A DNA stretch of 64,000 nucleotides, from the NCBI GenBank assembly GCA_965249275.1, contig CBDFLQ010000007.1, positions 832,001 to 896,000 on the forward strand, read 5' to 3'. Source of the DNA: Dehalococcoidia bacterium (GTDB lineage Bacteria > Chloroflexota > Dehalococcoidia > Plut-88900). The position numbers and the translations under genes were made by a program. Each line of letters begins with the position of its first letter. The first letter of the stretch is position 1. Shown here one piece after another: positions 29,251 to 38,065 of this stretch. The notes under the pieces were generated by a model. It was given only the letters and a program-made list of their open reading frames with translations, made no database searches and was not told the DNA's origin.

Positions 29251-30972
29251 GTGAAGGGGATTAGGTGGGAGAACGGTAAAGCGCGCCTTGTAGAGGGGTG
29301 GAGGCGGTGGGAGGGGAACACGCTGCTACTGCTTTCGCCGGTGATTCTACTGCTGGCGATTTTCTTCGTATGGCCCTTGGTGCAGGTCCTGGAAGCCAGT
29401 TTTGGTGGTCGGGGGCCTTTCACTCTTGAGTTGTACGACAAGGCCATCTTTGGCCAGATAGCCCAGAACTGGTGGGAGATAACCATCGAGCAGACGATAG
29501 TTACCACCGGGTTCTGCCTGATCTTAGGTTACCCATTGGCCTACTACCTGGCATCAAGCACGGGCTGGAGGCGGACGCTGGTCCTGATAGCGGTAGTGGT
29601 GCCATTTCTCACTCACTTCGTGGCGCAGACCTCAGTGTGGAGGGTGATTCTCGGGCGAAGGGGCTGGATAAATGAGTCTCTGACAGGCCTCGGCATCATC
29701 GACGAGCCGCTGGAAATTCTGTTTACCAGCTTAGCGGTCGAAATCAGCATGGTCCAGACCCTGCTCCCGTTCATGGTGTTATGCATCTATGCAGGCATGC
29801 GGGGGATCCCGAGGGCGTTCATGATGGTGGCCCAAACCCTTGGCGCCGGGCCCCTGCGAGCCTTCTTGAGGGTGTACCTACCTCTAAGCATGCCGGGGGT
29901 TTGGGCGGGGATTCTGCTAGTTGCAGTGCTGACCATCGGGTCATTCGCCGCCCCCGACATTTTGGGTAATATCCCTCAGCGAGGGATCGCGTCACATCTA
30001 CGGGGCGGGGGCCAGTTCAATTCAGCGCTGGCGATGGTCACCCTGGCAGGGGTCTTGATACTCTATCTGGCGTTTGTGCGATGGGTCGGCTTCAGGCCGC
30101 TGTACCAAGCCGGGGAGGCATTGACGGGCCTAAAGGGAGAGGAGCAGGGGCGGCCCTCGGGGCGACGATTTCTGCTCGGGGGTGGGGTGGGGTTGATCTG
30201 CGCCTACCTACTTCTGCCGCCCGTGGCGGTGGTATTCCTGTCCTTCAGTGCCTCGTCCTTCATCAGATTCCCGCCTCGGGAGTTTTCTTTTAAGTGGTAC
30301 GGGGAGTACTTCACCTCGGCAGACCCCCTGCTTCATTGGTTCGGTGCCACGGTGAGAAGTGTGGAAATAGCAGTGTTGGTAGTAGTGTTTACACTGGCGT
30401 TGGGAGGCATAGTCTCGTATGCACTCGTGCGGTCTCGGCTGCCGGGGAGGGGGCTGATTAACAGCTTCTTCATCGCGCCATTGATAGTGCCGACAGTCGT
30501 GACCGCAGGGGCGATATTTCACCTGTACTTCTACAGCACGGTGCTCCGGCACCTGCTGGGGACTACACCAGGTATGGTAATACCGCACACGGTACTCGCC
30601 CTTCCCTACGTGATCATCATCCTGACGGCTACGCTTCGGAGCATAGACCCGATTCAAGAGCGGGTTGCTATGAGCCTGGGAGCGAATCGGCTGACGACAC
30701 TGCGTCGAATACTGCTGCCCCAGATATACCCAGGTCTGGCCCTCGCGGGTTTTTTGGCCTTCCTGGTGTCGTTCAACGAAGTGATAGTGGCGCTGATCCT
30801 GAAGACACGGGACTTCCAGACCCTGCCGATGAACATGTGGGCAGGCAGAACCGCCGAGTTTGCCCCCATGATGGCAGCAGTATCTGTACTAGTTCTTATC
30901 GGGGCAGGGATATTGCTGGGCGTGGTCTGGTCCATAAGACGCCGGATGGCAAGCCAGCTCAGCGACCCATAA
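29251..30972 (+). CDS. Fused double ABC permease (PotB/PotC-like)
   Basis: Two binding-protein-dependent permease domains, each with an EAA-like loop (VAQTLGA..LPLSMPG; VAMSLGA..LPQIYPG). Confidence 0.85.
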   Translation: MKGIRWENGKARLVEGWRRWEGNTLLLLSPVILLLAIFFVWPLVQVLEASFGGRGPFTLELYDKAIFGQIAQNWWEITIEQTIVTTGFCLILGYPLAYYLASSTGWRRTLVLIAVVVPFLTHFVAQTSVWRVILGRRGWINESLTGLGIIDEPLEILFTSLAVEISMVQTLLPFMVLCIYAGMRGIPRAFMMVAQTLGAGPLRAFLRVYLPLSMPGVWAGILLVAVLTIGSFAAPDILGNIPQRGIASHLRGGGQFNSALAMVTLAGVLILYLAFVRWVGFRPLYQAGEALTGLKGEEQGRPSGRRFLLGGGVGLICAYLLLPPVAVVFLSFSASSFIRFPPREFSFKWYGEYFTSADPLLHWFGATVRSVEIAVLVVVFTLALGGIVSYALVRSRLPGRGLINSFFIAPLIVPTVVTAGAIFHLYFYSTVLRHLLGTTPGMVIPHTVLALPYVIIILTATLRSIDPIQERVAMSLGANRLTTLRRILLPQIYPGLALAGFLAFLVSFNEVIVALILKTRDFQTLPMNMWAGRTAEFAPMMAAVSVLVLIGAGILLGVVWSIRRRMASQLSDP

Positions 30973-32728
30973 CGTAAGTCTCGCGGCGGGGGTCTGCTCC
31001 TCCCATCAATACTCCGTTTTCGTGGTCAACTACTATTGCGGAGACCGAAGAGGTGTGGGCCTGGGACCACTCGTGTAGGGTTTCGACGTCATGGCCTCTT
31101 CTTTGGAGTTCAGCGCGGGTCTCGGCGGATATCCGACCCTCAACCCGTAGCCTTCCCGGGAGGTAGGTGTGGGGCCAGAAGGAGTTGGGGTAGTTCCAGG
31201 ACGTGACCCTGGGCGCTTCTATGGCCTGCTGTGGCCTCATTCCGAAAACGGCGATATTGAGGAAAGTCTGGATCATGCCCTGGGGCTGGGCGTCGCCGCC
31301 GGGACAGCCGAAAGGCATGAAGAGTTTGCCGTTCTTGAAGGCTATAGCGGGATTGGGTGTGAGGCGGGGACGCTTCCAAGGCCCGAGGCTCGACGGGTTG
31401 TCGGGTTCCAGCCAGCTCTGATAACCCCTACCCGACATCACGAGGCCCAGGCCGGGGACAACGGGGCTTTCGGATACGGGGTCGGAGGGAGTCGCAGAGA
31501 AGGCATTGCCCCATTTGTCGACGACGCACGTGTAACTGGTGTCGGCGGCTGAGGCACCGGCGACGGGAACAGGCTGAGCGCCTGCGGAATTCACGACAAT
31601 CCTATCCCCCTTAGGAGGACTCTGGAATGGCCAGGGGTTGCCGGGTTCGGGCATCCGGCCCGGTGTACGAGACATGTCGATGTCGGAACGGCGGGATCTC
31701 GTATATCCCTTAGACAATATCCCCTCGATGGGTACGTCTATGAAATCGGGGTCTCCGTAGTAGTGGTGGCGGTCTGCGAAGGCCCGGTCCATAGCCTCGG
31801 TGTAGAGATGCAAGTAGTCGGCTGAATTGTGGCCCAGGGCTTCCAGGTCGTCGTCCTCCAGCATCTGGAGCACCTGCCCGACCACCGGGCCCTGGCACCA
31901 GGGGCCACAAGTGTAGATGGTGTAGTCCCGGAAACTTGCGCTCACTGGTGGCTCAACCTTCACGGTGAAGTCGTGGATGTCCTGGTAGGTAATGAGGCCG
32001 TCCTGCTCTTCGCTGAAGCGGGCCATTTCGTGGGCGATGTCTCCCTTGTAGAAATAGTCCCGTGCGGCGCGTAGCGCCTCCGGTCTACCGAGATGAGCAT
32101 TGGCGGACTCGACATCTGCGAGGCGCTGGAAGGTACGACCTAGGTCGGACTGGACAAATATACTGCCAACCGGGGGGACTCGGCCATCGGGCATGAAAAT
32201 CTCTCGGGTGGAGGGCCAGCGGCCAAGGGTGCCGTTGACCGGGTCGGCATCCTCCAGCAAGCCTCCGTAGGTGACGGGGTTCATTGGAAATCCGTCTCGG
32301 GCGAGCTGGAGGGCCGGGGTAACGACTTCCCCGAAGGTCTTGGTCCCATATCGTTCCAGGGCGGTGAGCCAGGCGTCGGGGGCGGCGGGCACGATGCTCT
32401 GGAGGATCCCCTTAGGGATTTCGCCGCCTGCGTGCTCCATGTAGTAGCCGATGTTGGCAGATCGGGGCCAGCGGCCCAGGCCGCTAATGGTGATCACGGA
32501 ATTCGACGCGGCTAGATAGATCATGATGGGCGCTACGCCACCGAAATTGGTGCTTTCCGGCAGGAGAACGTTGATGGCAATGCCAGCGGCCACTCCCGCA
32601 TCAACGGCGTTGCCTCCCTGCTCCAGAATACGGTACCCGGCCTCGGCGGCAAGGTAATGGCCGGCAGCGACCATGTGGGTGGTTCCCATGAAAGTGGGCC
32701 GAAGGCTTTCGATACCGGGATAAGTCAT
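30959..32728 (-). CDS. Gamma-glutamyltransferase family (Ntn hydrolase)
   Basis: GGNAVDAGVA, autocleavage site DTSYTCVVD..GN, PGGDAQPQ, GGADPRR. Confidence 0.92.
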   Translation of the reverse strand: MTYPGIESLRPTFMGTTHMVAAGHYLAAEAGYRILEQGGNAVDAGVAAGIAINVLLPESTNFGGVAPIMIYLAASNSVITISGLGRWPRSANIGYYMEHAGGEIPKGILQSIVPAAPDAWLTALERYGTKTFGEVVTPALQLARDGFPMNPVTYGGLLEDADPVNGTLGRWPSTREIFMPDGRVPPVGSIFVQSDLGRTFQRLADVESANAHLGRPEALRAARDYFYKGDIAHEMARFSEEQDGLITYQDIHDFTVKVEPPVSASFRDYTIYTCGPWCQGPVVGQVLQMLEDDDLEALGHNSADYLHLYTEAMDRAFADRHHYYGDPDFIDVPIEGILSKGYTRSRRSDIDMSRTPGRMPEPGNPWPFQSPPKGDRIVVNSAGAQPVPVAGASAADTSYTCVVDKWGNAFSATPSDPVSESPVVPGLGLVMSGRGYQSWLEPDNPSSLGPWKRPRLTPNPAIAFKNGKLFMPFGCPGGDAQPQGMIQTFLNIAVFGMRPQQAIEAPRVTSWNYPNSFWPHTYLPGRLRVEGRISAETRAELQRRGHDVETLHEWSQAHTSSVSAIVVDHENGVLMGGADPRRETYVMGR

Positions 32729-32759
32729 GGCGGTTCTCCTTTTTCTCGAGGATGAGGGT

Positions 32760-34091
32760 CTAGGACCCGACACCCTCCGATACGGCGCGTATGGCTTCCT
32801 CCATAATGGCAAGAGCCTTGTCTATCTCCGGCTCGCCGATGACTAGGGGAGGAGCGAGGCGGATCACGGGCGTGCCGTGAGTCGTGAACAGTATAAGGCC
32901 CTTTTGGAGGCAGTAGCTGGTGATTTGGTCCATCAGGTCGGGGGCGGGGTGAGCCGAGGATTTGTCAGTGACGATTTCAAGACCCAGTAGTAAACCCACG
33001 CCCCGCACATCCCCAACGATCTCGTATTGGTCACGCAAAGTCTCGAGGCCCGTTCGAAAATAGTCTCCCATAACCTCCGCCCTCTCGACCAGGCCCTCGG
33101 ACTCTATGATCTCCAAGTTGGCCAGGCCGACGCCGCAGAGGAAGGGGTCGCCACTGTGCGAGGTGCTCTGAGCATAACCTCCCTCCTCCAGCTTGCGAGC
33201 GACAGACTCGGAGACGACGGTCGCGCTCAGGGGCACGGCCCCGCCGAGGCTTTTGGAAAGGGTCATGACGTCGGGGACGACGTTGTGGTGCTCGGCGGCA
33301 AACCATTTACCTGTTCGCCCCAGACCGGTGAGGGCCTCGTCCATGATGAGAAGAGCGCCTCTCTCGGTGCAAAAACGACGGAGGGCCTGCACGTACTCTG
33401 AGGGCGGGACGACGATGGGGCCACCGAGGACCGGCTCGATGATCACTGCGGCGGGCTCGCCGGTGGTATTCAGGTCGATCATTTCTACGGAATAGTCGAA
33501 GCAAACCAGAGAGCATCCGTCCTGCCGTGAACAGAAGCGGCAGCGGTAGGAGTTGGGTGTGGGGAGAAATGTGACGCCAGGCAGGCCAGGGCCGTATTCG
33601 GGGTGGCCCCGACGGTAGCCGCGGCCCGTGACGCTCCATGCGGCAAGTGAGAGGCCGTGATAGCTTTCCGATAAAGATATCAGTTCATGCCTTCCTGTGG
33701 CGAAACGGGCGATGCGGATGGCGGTCTCCACGGAGTCGGAGCCCGTGCAGCCGTAAAAGGGCTTTTGCAGGTCCCCCGGAGTAAGTTCAGAGAGGCGTTT
33801 GGATAGGGCAACTTCCTGCGGGGTGGTGAAAGATGAGCCCGTCTGCATTAGGAGTGCCGACTGACGGGTCACGGCTTCCAGGAGTCGGGGGTGGCTGTGG
33901 CCCACGGAAACGCAGAGCTGGCCCGACATCATGTCCAGGTACTCCTTGCCTTCCACGTCCCAGAGGGAGCAGCCCAGGCCCCTTGCGGGGACTATAGGGA
34001 ACTTTTGCCAGGTGTTGAGTGTCCAGCGCTCCCCGGCCTCAATCCATTGCTCGTTGGTTGTCAGATCGAGTCCGTGGGTGCTTCCTACCAT
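32760..34091 (-). CDS. Class III PLP-dependent aminotransferase
   Basis: WDVEGKEYLD, SYHG, DEALTGLGRTG, SKSLGG (PLP lysine). Confidence 0.93.
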   Translation of the reverse strand: MVGSTHGLDLTTNEQWIEAGERWTLNTWQKFPIVPARGLGCSLWDVEGKEYLDMMSGQLCVSVGHSHPRLLEAVTRQSALLMQTGSSFTTPQEVALSKRLSELTPGDLQKPFYGCTGSDSVETAIRIARFATGRHELISLSESYHGLSLAAWSVTGRGYRRGHPEYGPGLPGVTFLPTPNSYRCRFCSRQDGCSLVCFDYSVEMIDLNTTGEPAAVIIEPVLGGPIVVPPSEYVQALRRFCTERGALLIMDEALTGLGRTGKWFAAEHHNVVPDVMTLSKSLGGAVPLSATVVSESVARKLEEGGYAQSTSHSGDPFLCGVGLANLEIIESEGLVERAEVMGDYFRTGLETLRDQYEIVGDVRGVGLLLGLEIVTDKSSAHPAPDLMDQITSYCLQKGLILFTTHGTPVIRLAPPLVIGEPEIDKALAIMEEAIRAVSEGVGS

Positions 34092-34182
34092 AATCTGCTC
34101 CTCTCAGAGTGTGTTTGTCGGAGGTTTCGAGAGTATTATATTGCGCTTGACGGGTGAACGCTTGTTATGAAAAGAAGATGAC

Positions 34183-35223
34183 ATGCCGATAGGCGAACTA
34201 TCAGTCCTGGCGTCGGCGCTTCTGTTCTCGATGACGGGAATTGTGCAGAAGACGCTGGTGTCCAGGTTCAGGCCGCTGACGCTGGGCGCTCTGGGGTCTG
34301 GGGGAGGGGCATTAGCGGGACTAATCTTATCGCTGACCATTGCCGACATCGGAGAGCTTACCCGTATCCCGACTCTTTACCTGGTCCTCGGAATTCTTGG
34401 CGGGATTATTAACATCGGGCTGGGCGAGCCGCTGTACCTGCTGTTCCTGAGAAACGTGGACATCAGCAAGGCGTGGCCGATGGTGGCTGGACTGCTATCG
34501 AGCTATTCGCTGCTATCGGGGATATTCGTTCTGGGAGAGACGCCTTCTCGCTACGACATACTGGGAGTGGTGGTAATAGCGATGGGGGTATACCTGCTTA
34601 GCTTTGGCCAGCGCAGGTACACGGATAAGAACCAAGCCTCGTGGCTGGGGTTTAAGGGTGTGCTTCTGCTGGCGCTGGTGGCAGCGTTCTGGGTATCAGG
34701 TCTTACGATTCAGGGGTTCGCTCTGCGTCACATGGACCCACCACTGCTGAACATGACCCGGCTTTCGGCAGTATGTATTTTCCTGACTGTGATGTCCGGG
34801 CTGGGAGTTAACGACATACTGCTGCCGAGCGAAGAGGACGCTGCTTTGGGTTTCGGAAGACGGGTCAAGAAAGCGCTCTCCCAGGGACTCGTTGCGCGCA
34901 CCGTGCGTCGAGTCCTGAAACTTGAAGGGTCTATAGCTCATCAAGACTCGGACCGCAGGAGGAGGCGCTTCCGGTCCGGATGGTCGTACCGGATGTCAGG
35001 CGTGGCAGTAACGAACGGGAGCATATCTCTGGGCGTCGCCAGCATGTTGTTCCTGGTCGGGGTACAAAGAGCGGGCCTTTCGATAGCGGCAGCGCTATCG
35101 TCGACACAGATATTCTGGACGACGACGCTGTCGGCGATAGTGCTAAGGGAGCGCGTGAACCCGGCAGGGATAGCAGGGGTGCTCACTCTGTTCGGAGGGA
35201 TACTTCTAATCCTGCTATTGTGA
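34183..35223 (+). CDS. DMT/EamA family transporter
   Basis: Two EamA repeats (..FVLGET..; ..IVLRERV..) with about 10 TM segments. Confidence 0.8.
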   Translation: MPIGELSVLASALLFSMTGIVQKTLVSRFRPLTLGALGSGGGALAGLILSLTIADIGELTRIPTLYLVLGILGGIINIGLGEPLYLLFLRNVDISKAWPMVAGLLSSYSLLSGIFVLGETPSRYDILGVVVIAMGVYLLSFGQRRYTDKNQASWLGFKGVLLLALVAAFWVSGLTIQGFALRHMDPPLLNMTRLSAVCIFLTVMSGLGVNDILLPSEEDAALGFGRRVKKALSQGLVARTVRRVLKLEGSIAHQDSDRRRRRFRSGWSYRMSGVAVTNGSISLGVASMLFLVGVQRAGLSIAAALSSTQIFWTTTLSAIVLRERVNPAGIAGVLTLFGGILLILLL

Positions 35224-35261
35224 GCAGGGCTGGCTATACAGCGCCCTGTTCTCTGCCCGCC

Positions 35262-35606
35262 TCACTCCGTGAAAGTGTCGCGATCCAGGAGCAGGAAGAC
35301 CTCGCCCCACTGAGAAGCATCTTCGAGGGCCCAGTCGCCCGCCGAGTCCTGGGGCCGGAGGCGAATGCCCTCTTCTCCGCCATAGACGAGCAGGGCGGCC
35401 CCTTCACCGGAGTCATCAACCAGAGCGGCGAAGGCGGTTACAGCGCCCTCGGAAGACCAGCCGACTACCTCGTATACGCCTTCAGTTCCGTCGGGCGCGA
35501 AGGCGGCGACTTTCGAGATGGGCCTCGGGTCTCCGATGGTCTGGAAGCTGCGGGTCACGTCGAAAAGGCTATTCTCCGATTCTTCTACTTCTAATACTAG
35601 CAGCAC
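35262..35606 (-). CDS. Hypothetical protein (third gene of the sulfite reductase unit)
   Basis: 114-aa acidic ORF with a GGAG SD, co-oriented and closely spaced. Confidence 0.65.
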   Translation of the reverse strand: MLLVLEVEESENSLFDVTRSFQTIGDPRPISKVAAFAPDGTEGVYEVVGWSSEGAVTAFAALVDDSGEGAALLVYGGEEGIRLRPQDSAGDWALEDASQWGEVFLLLDRDTFTE

Positions 35607-35628
35607 GGGGAGTCTCCGGGTATTTGGG

Positions 35629-35997
35629 TTAGGCCTCTATACTGCGCATGCCTGAACGCTGCATCTGGGCAGTTGCAAGGTACTGTTCGAGTAGGACGCG
35701 GGCTTCGGGCTTGCGGAGGTCCAGGGATGAGATGGCAATGGCCCGGTAGAATACCCCAGCCGGGACTTGAACGGACGTAGAGGAGCCCGACTCAGGCAAT
35801 TCCGCGCCTAGGGCTTCGGCCATGAACTCGGCTTGTAACTCTCCGACTCCCGTTGCGTGGCACTTGGTCACGGCACGGCCGCGGTGCAAGAGGGTTACGC
35901 CGGACTTCGACCGCTTGAGGGTGAGAGGAATGGCAGCGCGCGGTTTTTCGAGGATTTCCTCGGCGTAGTCCTGGGCCCGGGAGCGGCTTATGCCCAT
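35629..35997 (-). CDS. Hypothetical protein immediately downstream of sulfite reductase
   Basis: ORF MGISRSRAQDYAEE...; ATG 35997 lies 7 nt after the reductase stop (alternative start 36030). Confidence 0.65.
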   Translation of the reverse strand: MGISRSRAQDYAEEILEKPRAAIPLTLKRSKSGVTLLHRGRAVTKCHATGVGELQAEFMAEALGAELPESGSSTSVQVPAGVFYRAIAISSLDLRKPEARVLLEQYLATAQMQRSGMRSIEA

Positions 35998-36004
35998 GCA
36001 GGCC

Positions 36005-37837
36005 TTATACCATGCACTCTCCCTCGCCACGCTCGACCTTGAACATACGGGTCTTTCCCCAGTCCATGTAGGTGTTGAGGCTCTCCTTGTTCAAGGGGCC
36101 CGTCTCCTTGTAGGCGCCTGCGAGGGTTTCAAAGGGCTCGGTGCCGACGCGGTCGACGAAGCGGTTGAATACCTCCTGGGGCTCGCGCTCGTTCTGGTAG
36201 AAGTGGACGATGTCCTGCACGAGGCTTGGGACCTTCTTGGCAGGGATCTTTGTCTTTACTCTCTTGCCAAACCGGGCGTCTTCATCGCTGCCGAAGCTGC
36301 CGCCGATGAAAAGCTCATAGGAGGGAATCTGGCTCTTGTTGGCGCCACGGGTAGCTGCTCCGTGGAATCCGATGTTTGCGATGTGATGCCGGGCGCAGCC
36401 ATTGGGGCAGCCACTGATCTTCACGTGGAGGGACCTGACTAGCGGGTCCTCATAGGCCGCCTCCCTAAGGGCATCGCCGACGGCCTGACCCAAGCCCATT
36501 GAAGATGTTATGCCGAGCTTGCAGCTGTCGGTGCCGGGGCAGGAGACCACATCCGTAATCTCTCCCGCTCCTGCTTCCCCGAGGCCTGCGTTCTTAAGCT
36601 GACGCCAGACTTCTTTCAGTACGCCGGTGGGGACCCACCGGTAAACCACGTTCTGCTCCACGGTGGTGCGGATGCGGCCACCGGCAAAGTCGCGTGCGAT
36701 GCGGCTCAGAATGGGGAACTGCTCGGTGGAGATATCGCCGAGAGGAAGCTTGACGGTGACGACGTTGTAACCTTCCTGTTTCTGGGGGCGCACGTTGCTC
36801 GAGACCCACCGGTCGAAGACGGGAGACCTCTGCCCGTTGCTCTCTACAGGCACAAGGGCGGGGGGCTCGTCAATGAGCTCAGGAGGGAGTTCCATGAGGG
36901 GCTCGGGATCGTAGGACTCCTGGGCCCAGGGTTGCTTCAACTCTTCTTCGACCTGCTCACGGAAGGCGTCGATGCCTACCCGGTCGATGTAGAACTTGAT
37001 CCGGGCCTTCATTCGGTTACGGCGGAGTTCGTCCGTGCGGTTAAAGATGCGGACTACGGCCTCGCTGACCCGGAGGAAGTCCTCGACGGGGACAAAGTCG
37101 TAGAGGGTGTAGGCGAGTCGGGGCATGATGGAGGTGCCGCCGCCGGTGATCATTTCGAAGCCGCGGCGCTCGACGCCATTCTCGTCGATCCGGACCCTGG
37201 GCTTGAAGGCGAGGTCATGGATGGCGGTGACGACACAGTCGTCATTGCAAGAGGCGAAGGCTACTTTGAACTTTCGGGGGAGCGCCTGGGCCTGGGGGTG
37301 TCGTACGAACCAACGTGCGAAGGCCGCTAAGTAGGGGCCTACGTAAAAGGGCTCGTCGGGGGTGACGCCGGAAAGGGGGCAGCCGATGACGTTTCGCACG
37401 GTGTTGCCGCAGGCCTCACGGGTAGAAAGACCTGCCTCACCGAGTATGCGCAAGACGTCAGGGGTGTCTTCCAGATTTACGAAGTGAAGCTGGATGTTCT
37501 CCCGGGTGGTGACGTGCCCCTTGTTGAGGGGAACGTACTTATCGACGATTTCGCCTACGGCATCCAGCTGGTCAGCAGTGAGGCTGCCGGCAGGCATCTT
37601 GATACGGATCATGTGGACGTCCGGCTGGCGCTGGCCGTAGATGCCGCGGACGAGCCTATAGGCAGTGAATTTCAGGGGGTCTTCCCAGCCGCCCTTCTGG
37701 AAGCGGGTTACCTCGGTTTCGAAGTCAGATACTTCCTGGGGCAGGTAGGGAATGATTCCCTTTGAGTAATCAAGACCGGCCTTGTCTTTTATGGAAAGAT
37801 CTCTTTCGACAGTAGTCATTTCGCCCTGAACTCCCAT
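36005..37837 (-). CDS. Siroheme/[4Fe-4S] sulfite (or nitrite) reductase, ferredoxin type
   Basis: GIYGQRQ, TTRENIQLH, ACGNTVRN, LPRKFK, ligands CPGTDSC and GCPNGC. The Cys-rich leader upstream favours assimilatory sulfite reductase. Start is 37837 or 37819. Confidence 0.9.
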   Translation of the reverse strand: MGVQGEMTTVERDLSIKDKAGLDYSKGIIPYLPQEVSDFETEVTRFQKGGWEDPLKFTAYRLVRGIYGQRQPDVHMIRIKMPAGSLTADQLDAVGEIVDKYVPLNKGHVTTRENIQLHFVNLEDTPDVLRILGEAGLSTREACGNTVRNVIGCPLSGVTPDEPFYVGPYLAAFARWFVRHPQAQALPRKFKVAFASCNDDCVVTAIHDLAFKPRVRIDENGVERRGFEMITGGGTSIMPRLAYTLYDFVPVEDFLRVSEAVVRIFNRTDELRRNRMKARIKFYIDRVGIDAFREQVEEELKQPWAQESYDPEPLMELPPELIDEPPALVPVESNGQRSPVFDRWVSSNVRPQKQEGYNVVTVKLPLGDISTEQFPILSRIARDFAGGRIRTTVEQNVVYRWVPTGVLKEVWRQLKNAGLGEAGAGEITDVVSCPGTDSCKLGITSSMGLGQAVGDALREAAYEDPLVRSLHVKISGCPNGCARHHIANIGFHGAATRGANKSQIPSYELFIGGSFGSDEDARFGKRVKTKIPAKKVPSLVQDIVHFYQNEREPQEVFNRFVDRVGTEPFETLAGAYKETGPLNKESLNTYMDWGKTRMFKVERGEGECMV

Positions 37838-37853
37838 GTTTCTTTATTGCAAT

Positions 37854-37891
37854 AAAAAACGCCCCTTCGATTACACTTAATCGTAGGGGCG
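37854..37891 (-). terminator. Attenuator terminator in the 5' leader of sulfite reductase
   Basis: CGCCCCTACGATTA-AGTG-TAATCGAAGGGGCG-TTTTTT, ending 16 nt before the first reductase ATG. Confidence 0.85.
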
Positions 37892-37923
37892 CAACGCTAT
37901 GCCAAGCTGGATTAGCGCCGGCC

Positions 37924-37974
37924 CTATTGCCGGCACATACAGACGCAAGAATCAAGCCAATATCTGTTATTCAT
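37924..37974 (-). CDS. Putative Cys-rich leader peptide MNNRYWLDSCVCMCRQ
   Basis: A 16-codon ORF between promoter and terminator, with TGC-GTC-TGT-ATG-TGC near the stop. Confidence 0.75.
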   Translation of the reverse strand: MNNRYWLDSCVCMCRQ

Positions 37975-37983
37975 CGGTGCTGA

Positions 37984-38012
37984 AGCTTAGCGTTGTTTAG
38001 GAGTGATGTCAA
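37984..38012 (-). promoter_or_regulatory. Sigma70-type promoter of the leader/sulfite reductase operon
   Basis: TTGACA-17-TAAGCT, ending 9 nt before the leader ATG. Confidence 0.75.
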
Positions 38013-38065
38013 ACGTGGGCAGGTCTATCGATGGCGCTGGCAATGGCAAGGGCGTGCCAGGACAA

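Noticed and set aside
37770-37955. 61-aa ORF, or a SAM/T-box riboswitch, upstream of the sulfite reductase
   Set aside because: No SAM-I or T-box consensus is visible. The 61-aa ORF crosses the terminator, and the 16-aa Cys leader explains the region better.
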